From NCBI RefSeq assembly GCF_006345805.1, contig NC_043006.1, positions 28,892,001-28,956,000 of the forward strand: a stretch of DNA of 64,000 nt, given 5' to 3'. This document shows positions 1 to 10,500 of the stretch, piece after piece. The stretch comes from Octopus sinensis. Lineage: Eukaryota. Within the stretch, counting starts at the first letter, position 1; each line of letters opens with the position of its first letter. The notes beneath the pieces were generated by a model that made no database searches, was not told where the DNA came from, and saw only the letters and a program-made list of their open reading frames with translations. The position numbers and the translations under genes are program-made.

Positions 1-118
1 GTTTCTATAGCCAGATGCTCTTTATAACAACAGCCATATTGACTAAGAGAATGAATTAAATGAACTGGAGAGAGATAAGAGAAGACATGTCAGAAAAATA
101 AATTAATGAAATCTAAAA

Positions 119-600
119 TTCTGCCATATTCTGAATGCCTTACTTCCCTGGGCATGGACACTTTGAAACTCCAACGTCTGGCTGCTGACTTGGCAGACAC
201 CCATAAAATTATTAACCATCTTACAAACAATAACTCTGAGCACCTTTTCAAACTCCACCTGTCTAACACCCGTGGATATGTTTACAAAGTCAGAAAACAA
301 CACAGCTCCCATGACTTTCGGAAACATTTTTTCACGCTAAGAGTTGCTGAAGCATGAAACAGACTGCCGGCATCAGTTGTTAGTTGTCGGAGCACTGCAT
401 CCTTCAAAACTTCCATGCTTCCTGAGATTCGCCAACACTACACCTGATTTTCTCCACTCCATACACACGCAAGCATGTATCTGACTCATACACTGTTCGC
501 TTTCCAGACATTTGTACATTACTGCATATACTTTATATGCACTTTTGACAAGTTGTGGTGCACCGGAGCACTGTATACAATAATTTCATTATTATTATTA
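119..600 (+). mobile_element. 3' end of CR1/L2-type LINE (ORF2 C-terminus, 3'UTR, (ATT)n tail)
   Basis: ORF 106..357 (LPYSECLTSLGMDTLKLQRL...NTRGYVYKVRKQHSSHDFRKHFFTLRV) aligns by eye with the ORF2 end at 35703-36027; both share the terminal TATGCACTT..GTTGT.GTGCAC..GAGCACTGTA and an ATT tail. Confidence 0.9.
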
Positions 601-1176
601 TATAAAAATATCAAAGTCAGAGACTGGAGGTGGGGGAACAATCTAAAGTAAAGATCACAGATGATGTATTGATGTATATGTAAAAAAAACCAGTTTAGTC
701 TATAAGATATGAATATTAAAAATATTATAATGAGGTTACTTACTACAAAGTTTAGGAAGTGTGTGCTGCTTATTGTAAAGGGTACAAATATGAACATAGT
801 ATAAGAAGCAATGTAACAAACAGTGATGAGGATACTAAGTGCAACATCTAGGTAGTGGGTAGGTTTCGTATTGTGTTAAGTGAGGCATGCTTACTTAGAC
901 TAATTTAAATGGGTGTACAAACCAGTGGAAATATGCTTAGCTAAATGAAGGATAGATTTGTGTATGAAGAAATGAAGTGTCATTGATGAAGGTAAGTAAT
1001 AGGTTGAAATTTTTCATAATTTTTAAGGATTCTATGTAAGAGATTCTTTCTGAGTGTTTGTTAATAATTGAGCCATTTCGCAGCGAAAATTTCCAAGTCT
1101 TTCAGAGGTAAAGAGTTTGCATGGTCTTTTTCGTTATCTGTATAGGATTTAACTCTGGATAGAACGTGCCACTTAA

Positions 1177-1396
1177 CCCTTTCATTACCAACCTGGCTGA
1201 AACCACCACTGGCTCTGAGTACAAATGTCTTGTCTTCATAAGTCTTGAATTAAAATCTTCCACCAAACCTTAGTCACAATTTATGTTCCTAATACTAGCT
1301 TAGTGATAACTAAGTTATTTTACTAAATTCTTTGTTACATTTAAAGTAATTGAAAGAAACACAGAGCATCTCAAAATAAATATGGTAACAAAAGGG
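1177..1396. mobile_element. piggyBac-type MITE
   Basis: TTAA at 1173-1176 and 1397-1400 flank imperfect TIRs CCCTTTCATTACC / GGTAACAAAAGGG; 220 bp, non-coding. Confidence 0.8.
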
Positions 1397-1439
1397 TTAA
1401 ATTATAAGTTGGGTTTTTTTTAATTGTTTTTTTTTTTGG

Positions 1440-2640
1440 TTTTTCCTAAAAGAAATGAGATATTGAAGGTTCATTACTTCAGTTTTGCTTTCTAAATGTG
1501 TGGATGTGCTTTTAGAAGAGTAATTTAAAGGGTTTGTTGAGAAATCAATGTACATCGTAGAAGAATTATTAAATTTTACAGATAGACTATGACTCAAGCT
1601 TTACAGTTGGCATTCACTGGGGAGTGATAAAGTTAGAATTAAAAGTAAGTTGATATATATTAAAGATCTTCTGGTAAAAAATGTTAGCTGGACTGGGACA
1701 ACAGATTAGAGTAATAGATTTTAATAGTATTCTTGCTAAAGATTTTATAATACTTATTTGGCAGTGGCACTGCTGCTGCTGATAGGAAATGCTTCTAAAG
1801 GAACTTGAAGAAGAAATTGGTAACTGGATTTGCTACAGCTAGACTAAAAATGCAGATTATACCAATTAATAGTTTCTTATTACTATGGGAAGATCCACCA
1901 AACATGCATCCCATGTGGGAAATTTTCTCTTTAAAGCTACTTTTAGCTAAAGCATTATTATAGTACAAGAAAGGCACCATAAAAATTTGCTTGTTCACAA
2001 AAAGATTAGGCAATTTAAGAGAAACATTTTTAGGCCAAATTATTAGTGGTAATCTTATGATGGTTAGAAGTTTAGTTTACAGCAGGGATACTATAAAAAT
2101 TTGATTAAGAATGCATGCAGTAATTTACCTGTAGATAGGTTGCTTTCTATGGTAATTGATAACCCTAAGTTTTTTGGGTTTTTTTAAAAAGATATGTAGA
2201 TTATTTCATAATTCTATCTGAGTTTCAGTTGTTCAGAAATAAAAGGACATCGTCCCTGTAGAGACCACCTATAAGTTCTTTTTTTTTTTTTTTTTTTGCT
2301 TGTCTAGTCAGTACAGGCCTGAGATCACCAATTTTATCAGAATCATTAGCTCTCATGTTTACATAAAATGGAATGCTTGAATGTTTTTCTTTTTGTTGGT
2401 TTAGACTCATAATTTGAATTGGTTTTATACACTTGTTATTCATTGTTCTGTTCAGAGTTGGTAATGTTGATTTTGGGAATAGGCGTGTTAATTAAAAAAG
2501 ATTGCACAATTGATGAGTAATCATCTTTAATATCAAACTGAAATATTTAATACTATTCTTATTCAGTATTAATTGGAGACAGTCAATTACTGTTGGGTAT
2601 CATTCCGTAAAGGTCAAGGGGATATCTCTTTAACAGTCGT
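1440..2640 (-). mobile_element. Decayed Penelope-like element (RT through GIY-YIG)
   Basis: Minus-strand remnants in PLE order: QFDIKD, GGLYRDD (ORF 2225..2443), LGLSITIE, YYNNALAKSSFKEK and FSLAVANPVTNFFFKFL (ORF 1795..2013), then a YIDFSTNP (YIG-like) block (ORF 1397..1597). Many stops and frameshifts. Confidence 0.7.
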
Positions 2641-2918
2641 GATACTTTTTACTCATCATTTCTGTAACTGTTTTTGTATGGTTGATGAAACAAACAGAGG
2701 GTTTATGGTCAAAATTATCTTCATGGGATTCAAACCAAAATAATGTTGCTTAAGCATTGGTGGTTTGGTCTTTTTGCCAATATTTTGATGAGTAGTGATT
2801 TTTTGGGTCCATGAGGGTTAATCTCATTTATTTTCTTGCATTAGTCATGGAATTGGAAATAAGACTGATAGGGTTTTTCCCCCCTGTAATTTAAATTATA
2901 TTTAGAAAATGTCTCAAT

Positions 2919-3270
2919 AGGGCAAGTATGGCTGTGTGGTAAGAAGCTTGCTTTCCAATCACAAGGTTTCGGGTTCAGTCCCACTACGTGGCACCTTCGG
3001 TAGGTGTTTTCTAATAGAGCCTTGGGCCAATCAAAGCCTCGTGAATGGATTTTGTAGGAGGAAACTGAAAGAAACTCATATATATGTTTGTCCTGCACCA
3101 CTGCTTGACAACTGGTGATGGTGTGTTTATGTCTCTGTAACTTAGTGGTTCGTCAAAAGAAACTGATAGAATAAGTACCAAGCTTTAAAAAAAAGTCAAC
3201 TAAAAAATCTTCAAGATAGTAGGTGACTTAGCAGTCTAATAACTGAAACAAGTAAGATTTAGAAAAAAAG
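2919..3270 (+). mobile_element. tRNA-derived SINE (family A)
   Basis: Head GGCTGTGTGGTAAGAAGCTTGC...GGTTCAGTCCCACT (A/B-box-like) and body CCTTCGGTAGGTGTTTTCTAATAGAGCC...GATAGAATAAGTACCA, shared with 38403, 40001, 50448. Confidence 0.8.
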
Positions 3271-3764
3271 ATAAAAGATGCATTTAATCTGTAACCATGA
3301 GTACAACAAAATATAGATTAACTCATGGACTCTTCAAGAACAACTTGGAGTTTGTGAATTTACTAGTTATATAAAGAAACTTCAAGAGAAAGACAGACAT
3401 ATAAAGGTAAGAAAGGATGCTACATTAGTGGGTGGGAGACAGAAGGGCTCTGTGCTGGAGATGGAGGTGTTGCATCCGGTGGATGAAGCTAAAAAGCTAG
3501 TGGTGTTGCCTCAGAGGTGTGGTGACGATGTATGTGATGTTGAAGGTAGTGGAGGGATTATAATGATTGATGACAGCAACGATGGTGTTGTACAAAATTA
3601 TGTTTAGTGTCGGTGTATAGGGGGGTGAAGGTGGTGGTGGTTAGATTAGAGAAAAAGATGATGCATATAAGAGCAGTGTTGATAGTTTAGTGGCTGATAA
3701 TTAAGTTAATGTATCTCTAAAGTTGTGTATACCTTACATATATTACACAGATTGCCAGCCTCCT

Positions 3765-3960
3765 CTGGCCCCTGTACTGGTGGCATGTAAAAAACACCCA
3801 CTACACTCACAGAGTGGTTGGCGTTGGGAAGGGTATCCAGCTGTAGAAACACTGCCAGATCAGACTGGAGCCTGGTGCAGCCTCCATGGCTTACCAGACC
3901 CCGGTTGAACCGTCCAATCCATGCTAGCATGGAAAACAGACGTTAAATGATGATAATGAT
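3765..3960 (+). mobile_element. RTE LINE 3' tail / tail-sharing SINE
   Basis: GGCATGTAAAA..CACCC.CTACACTC..AGAGTGGTTGGCGTT.GGAAGGG.ATCCAGCTGTAGAAAC...CATGC.AGCATGGAAA..GACGTTAAATGATGAT motif; the same motif terminates the RTE copies at 43620 and 53930. Confidence 0.8.
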
Positions 3961-3999
3961 ATTTATGTGTGTGTATTTATATATGTATGTATCTATCTA

Positions 4000-4430
4000 A
4001 GTGTGGAGTGGAATGATTGCTTTTGATGAGACCAAGATGACACATGCAAGATTCAAGACAGATTTTAAAAAAGATGTTGCGATCAAGAAGGTAAATCTCA
4101 GTGACCTTTTTGTGTGCACAGTTTGTGTTGTGACAGATCATGCCTTTCTTTTGCTGGGCTCAAATCTCATTTGCAGAGCCCTGAAAAATGAACCTCTACC
4201 AACTACTATGCCCATATGTCTGTGCACACTTTTCAATGCTGTGTATGCCATAAGGTTTGCAGATCTAATGGAGGCTTCAAAAGACATTTTAAGATCCACA
4301 AAGATCAGAACTTAACTGCAGCTCTTGGTGGTCCAAATCAGATATGCAATCTATGTGAGTGCCTTTTCAATACAATATCTGGTTTAAAAAAACCATATTA
4401 GAAGCAAAATGGATCTAAGGTGTAAGTACA
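4000..4430 (+). mobile_element. RTE-type LINE ORF2 C-terminal fragment with C2H2 fingers
   Basis: ORFs 4001..4315 and 4216..4401: W.GM.AFDETK...R.K..KK followed by CTVC, CCVCHKVCRSNGGFKRHFKIH and CNLCECLFNTISGLK; resembles the Cx2C...SxxGLxxHxxxH C-terminus of RTE/BovB-like ORF2. Confidence 0.6.
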
Positions 4431-4929
4431 AGAGATGGTCAGACACTACATGAAGAGTAGACAACCACCATGTATCTATATGTATAGATATATTTATATG
4501 TGAACATGTATATATATATATATATGTATATGTAATATATATTTGTATGTATGTGTAATGTACTGTTCCATGATGGTAAGATCAGCAAAAAAGTACTCCA
4601 TCTGGTGAGAGATAAATATTTAATAAACGCAATACATGTTTTTATATGCTATTATTAGTTCGTTATACCATGTGGGCTGTATTGAGATGTCAGGCATGTT
4701 ATATAACATTGTTTGACATGTTCTCAGGACATGAAACTAATAGTAACACAAAAACATGTATCGTGTTTATTAAATATAATATATATGTATGTAGGGAAAA
4801 GGATGCTTACTTCTATACAAGGAATTCAAGAAAATTGGTGTTGAAAATGCATTTGAGTCATAGGTTAGATGTGGGGGCATGCGCTGTTGCAGTGCATTGC
4901 TGCATTCACTATTTGTTGGTATATTCCTA

Positions 4930-5713
4930 GATCGTTCTGTGCTGTTCCGTCGAGTATGTGACCATGTAGCATATTGTCGACCAACACAAGCCGTCAACTC
5001 AGCCAGATGCTCAGTGAAGAGAACACGGGTCTGACTCAGAAAATTGAGCAATATGACCAAACAGTCTGAGCTATCGCCTCCAAATCATACAGGATACATC
5101 CCTGTTTCTGAGTGGAGTCGTTGGTTGGGTATGAAATCTGACTAATGGTAACCCATAATCCTTCGAAGTGCTCTGATAAAGGAGTTAAGGTTCGGGCAGC
5201 TCCTAAGGGTCCTGGACAATGTCCAAGTCTCTCAACTATAGAACAGGACAGGGAGGACCATTCACTGAAAGACCCGAACCTTTATGCCTCAGCACAGATA
5301 TTGGCAGTGCCAAACATCTTTGACCTGTGAGTCCATAACTGCATCAGCTCATCAAAGTTTTTTTAAGACTTCAGCTAATGCTGCTATGTATCTCACTGCT
5401 GAGATAAGTGAAGCAGTCAACTACTCGACATACCTGCAGCAGAGACAGATAAAGTGGAGTCCACCAAGAAGCCATTAAAAGACTGGATCTTTGTCTTTAC
5501 CCAAGAAATTCTAGGGCCAAGTGGTTCCGTTTCCTCACTCAGTGAAAGGAGAATGCTCCTTAAGATATCAAAAGACTCAGCAAGAATAACTGCGTCATCA
5601 GCAAAATTTAGGTCTGTAATCGTAGTTTCAACAATGAGCGCATCACAACTCGATCGAGCCACATTTCGGTCGAGTATTCAGTCCTTACGTGCATTGAACT
5701 GAGTGGGAGCCAA
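4930..5713 (-). mobile_element. RTE LINE RT fragment, 3' segment
   Basis: Minus strand: LAPTQFNA..D.IL, ITDLNFADDAVILAES, ISWVKTKIQ (ORF 5417..5662), and an RLFGHIA-like block near 5060. Confidence 0.85.
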
Positions 5714-5719
5714 ATCACT

Positions 5720-6355
5720 TATAATTTGCTGTTCGAAGACGAGGTTCGTACAGTGGCAAATCAGCTGAAGACCAAGAAGGTAGTCGGTGTTTGTTGTACC
5801 CATAGGGAGATGATCAGGAAACGTGAGCCTGCTGCAGTCTTGTTCTGTCGGCAGATCATCTGGTCAGTCTGGAACAACGTCATAATACCGCCTAACTGGA
5901 AAAGAGGCATAATTATCCCACTCTGGAAAGGTAAAGACGACTGTAACCATTATAGGGTTGTTACACTCCTTTCACTGCCCGGTAAGGTCTTTGCGAGGAT
6001 CATTCTGCACAGAGTGAAATATCCTCTGCTTGCGTCTCAGTGGCCTGAGCAGTCGAAGTTCATGCCAAAAAGGTCAGTTGATAGGATCCTTGCTCTTCGC
6101 GTACTCATTGAACGCACGCGGACCTTTTAGAAGGAGATGTTTGACTCGGTGGACAGAGATGTGCTTTGGAAGATTCTGGGGCTGCAGAGTATACGTTTTC
6201 AACTGACCGGACTAATGATAGCCTTATACACCGGAACAGTCAGTACAATTCGGATTGGGAGCTTAGCATCTGATTTTTCCCTAGTTTGATCTGGGGTCCG
6301 TCAGAGATGTGCCTTGGTTTCCACTCTGCTCAATGCCTGTATAGACTGGATATTT
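5720..6355 (+). mobile_element. RTE LINE RT fragment, 5' segment in inverted orientation
   Basis: ORF 5726..6130: PPNWKRGIIIPLWKGK..CNHYRVVTLLSLPGKVFARI, QSKFMPKRS; continues FDSVDR..LW and GVRQ.C.L.STLLNACIDW to ~6355. Confidence 0.85.
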
Positions 6356-7184
6356 TCTTTTAAAATATATTCTTTTTATTTTTGAAAATTTATCAAATAT
6401 CACACTGCTTTCAACAACCTTTTGTTTCTTAATAAAAAAAAACACTTAAAGAAAAAGATGAAAATTTAAAAGAAAGAGAATGCACAAGAAAAGTTTCATG
6501 GCAAGAAAATTTCTAAAAGATGTGTAATTGCCTTTTATCATCCTCTTTGCTGATGTAACACTAAGATTGGTCAACTGGATTGTTTCTAGCTGAAACTAGA
6601 TGATGAGGATAAAAAGAAGAAAAAGGGTGATGCTGTTATACATTTCATCGACTGGAAATTGATTTTATACAAGAATCAGTCAGCCGGAACGTTAGACCAC
6701 TGTCCGGCAAAAACAGGAGACCAGGTCATTTGATAAGCAAATGACATTCAGACCGTTAGCTAACCGGAGGGCTGGACAATAACAAGTGACCAGAACGCAT
6801 GACGTCCCCAAGCAGTCAGCCAAACAGAATGTTAGGCCATGCAAGCAATGTCTTTGTTAAGTAGCCAATTAGGACTTGAAACTATGTCTTACAACTAATG
6901 TATACAAGGCAATATCAGCTTGAAGCATTAGAACTAATAAAACAAACGACAAACAGCTCTACTTCACATAACATGACAAAGCTCACAAAACATTTAAAAA
7001 AATACATTTTAATTTATATATTTGTTGTGCAAGATTTTTTATGTGAAGTCGTGTGTTGAAACAGATATAGTTGTATTTCGGAATGGTCATTTTGCCAGTT
7101 TAACCAATAAAAACACATGCACTATATATTTGGTGTTTCTTTGCTTCAGTGTTATTTATTTTTTACATTAAACTTAATCTTATT

Positions 7185-7550
7185 TCGGCCAGAGTTCTTT
7201 CGTTACACCCCTGTGTCTCTTTAACTCTGTAGGCTCGCACATGCGGGACACATTTTGCATTATTCTGACGAGGTCTGCCATCAAAATATTGAATTTGACG
7301 TTGTCCTCGATGGCTGAATTCCGGTGGATCAAGTATTTGGAGGCCATAGGTTTGGCATAGTACGAATGAAGGATTTGGGTTTTATTATTTACAGTTTCTA
7401 GCCAGAGTTCTGTGTCTAGTACTGGTAGTCTATGGTGGGGGTGTTTAGTAGGGTAGACTACCCTACTGGAATGACTGTGGAATGTCTGGAATGTCATTCT
7501 AGAATATCTGGAATGCCTGTGGAATGTCATTCTGGAATGCCTGTGGAATA
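7185..7550 (-). mobile_element. Penelope-like RT thumb fragment
   Basis: ORF 7180..7557: YPTKHPHHRLPVLDTELWLETVNNKTQILHSYYAKPMASKYLIHRNSA...KFNILMADLVRIMQNVS, matching the PLE LPxLD...YxKP...S...K...R pattern. Confidence 0.8.
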
Positions 7551-10500
7551 TAGGCACCCTGTACCTATATACAATATAGGCACCCTGTACCTATATACAA
7601 TATAGGCACCCTGTGCCTATATACATTATATAGGCCTTTAGGCTTATGTATGCTATATAGGCCTCTGGGCGTATATAGTGTATAACGACCTTTATAGTCT
7701 AAGTTCCCTGGTCCAATATACACTATTGGCCCCCTGGGCCTATATTCATTATATAGGCCCCTGTGTCTATATACACTATATAGACCCTGGGCATATATAA
7801 TGTCTGTATAGTCTATAGAAGCATGCAGTGCCTGTATGCACTATAGACCCCCCTTGGCCTATATACATTATATAGGCCTCTGGGTCTATATACAGTATAT
7901 GGGCATCTGGGCACAAAAAGAGTATATAGGGACAAGTGCCTGTATAGTTTTCAAAGGAATATGATGAAAAATTGCAAAAATATATATAGCCTTTTAGGCT
8001 AGTTCACGCTGCACCAGTACGTTATAAGCTATATAGGTCCAGGGTCCTATGCAATCTATATAAGCCCCGACTTGGCCTATATAGTCTATATTGACACCCG
8101 TGGGTATAAATAGCTTCTATAGTCTCTTAAGCATATTCTAGGAACACCTGGGCCTGTATTGCAACTTCTGCACCTGTACAGGATTTTGATGAAAATTTAG
8201 AAAAAATTTTTTAAAGGAATTTCATGAAAATTTTGAAAAACATTTCAATGGAATTGGAGGCAAATTTTCAATACTTTACAAAGTGTTCCATGAAAAGAAG
8301 AGTTTGATGAAAATTTTCATAAAACTTTTCAATGTTTCATGAAATTTTTTTTTTAAATTTCATCAATTTCCTTTGAAAAGTTTTTCAAATTTTCATCAAA
8401 TTCCTTACAAATGTTATTTAAAATGTTCATCAAATTCCTTTGAAAAGTTTTTCAGAATTTTCTACAATATCCTCTAAAAGTTTTTCAAAATTTTCATGAA
8501 ATTTAGGTAGGGACAGGAGGGCTGTATAGTCTATATAGGCCTCCTGCTCCAATATAGTGCATATAGGCCCCCTGTACCTATATAAAATATAGGCACTCTG
8601 TGCCTATATAAAATATATAGGCCCCTAGACATAAATACGCTATATAGGCCCCTGGGTCTACATAGTGTATATAGGGACAAGGGCCTGTATAGTCTAGGTT
8701 CCCTGGTAAAATATACACTACCGGTCCCTGGGCCTGTATTCATTATTTAGGCCTCTGTGTCTATATACACAATATAGGCCTTGGTTCTTTTTAAATTCTC
8801 ATCAAATTCCTTTGAGCTGTTTTTCAAAATTTTTATCTAATTTCATTAGAAAAGATTGTCAAAATTTTCACAAAAATCCTCTAAAAGTTTTTCAAAATTT
8901 TTATCATATTCCTTAGAAAAGTTTTTGAAAGTTTTCCTCGAATTTCTTTGAAAAGTTTTTTAGAATTTTCACCAAAACCCTCTAAAAGATTTTCAAAATT
9001 TTCATGAAATCTATGGAGAGACAGGAGGGCTGTATATTCTATATAGGCCCCCCCCCCTGCTCCAAAATAGTGTATATAGGCCCCCTGTACCTATATACAC
9101 TATAGGCACCCTGTACCTATATGCATTATATAGGCCCGTAGACCTATATACGCTATATAGGCCTCTGGGCCTATATAGTGTATAAAGGGACAAGGGCCTG
9201 TATAGTCTAGGTTCCCTGGTACAATATACACTATTGGCCTACTGCGCTTGTATTCATTATGTAGGCTCCCGTGTCTATATAAACTATGGGCCTATATACA
9301 CTATATAAGCCCTGGGCATGTATAATGTATATAGAGACATGTGTCTGTATAGTCTGTATAGGCATGCAGTGCCTGTATGCACTATAGACACCCTTGGCCT
9401 ATATACATTATATAGGCCTCTTGGCCTATATACAGTATATGAGCATCTGGGCATATAGAGAGTATATTGGGACAAGTGCCTGTATAGTGCAGGCCTCCTG
9501 GTCCACTACACGTATACATTATATAGGACCGTGAGTCTATATACACTGTATAGGCCTCTGGGCTTATATATGTAGTGCATATTCGCCCATATTGAGTGAG
9601 CCTATATAGCTTCTGAAAAAAAAATGGGCCTATATTGCAACTTCTGCACATGTATAGGACAGGGATGAAAATTTTCAAAGTATTTTCAATTGATATACTT
9701 CAAATTTCTGAAAAACTTTTCAAAGGAATATGATGAAAAATTCCAAAAATATATACGCCCACAGGTTCTTTTTAGGCTCTTTCGAGCCCCACCAGTCCAT
9801 TATAAGCTATATAGGCCCAGGGTTCTATGCAATCTATATAGGCCCCTATTTGGCCTATATAATCTATATTGGCACCCATAAATAGCTTATATACTCTCCT
9901 AAGCGGACTCTAGGAACACCTGGGCCTATATTGCAACTTCTGCACCTGTATAGGATTTTGAAACAGAATTTGATTAAACTTTTGAAAAACATTTCAATGG
10001 AATTTGATGAAAATTTTAAAAACTTTCCAAAGTGTTCCAAAGTGGAGGACTGTTTTTTGTCGTCATATTATCTCAGATGTTCATTTAGTCGTTCCGCAAT
10101 GCTCCTAGATGTCTCCCCTATGTCCATCATGTTCATGTCCTTACAAGCACCTTCTATGCACATCTTATGCTGTAAACTACATTTCGAGTTCTACAGTTAA
10201 TACCAGGCCTAATTCTACATACCATGCAGTTATCATTGGTGCATATGGTATTCTTAAACGGGTACGTCCTACATAGTTGTGATCTGACGGAGTTCCCTGG
10301 CTTTTCAACAATTTTAATGTTGAGTTTGGTCTCCTTCAGAGCTTTTCTAAATCTACGGGCTAGTTCTCCATGAGCTGTGGCCTCTACAAACATCACTCCT
10401 TGATATTTGTGTTCGCCCTGTTTGCTTTGTCACAAGCTCTTTGTATTCTATTCCATTCTTTGTTTCTATATCTAGGGCAGGTACCCCTGGTATCATTATG

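Noticed and set aside
4216-4401. Host C2H2 zinc-finger gene
   Set aside because: Lacks TGEKP linkers, is frameshifted, and follows an RTE-like ORF2 C-terminal sequence.
6530-6615. Hammerhead-like CTGATGT...GAAACTAG
   Set aside because: Core incomplete, no UH triplet in register, stems inconsistent.
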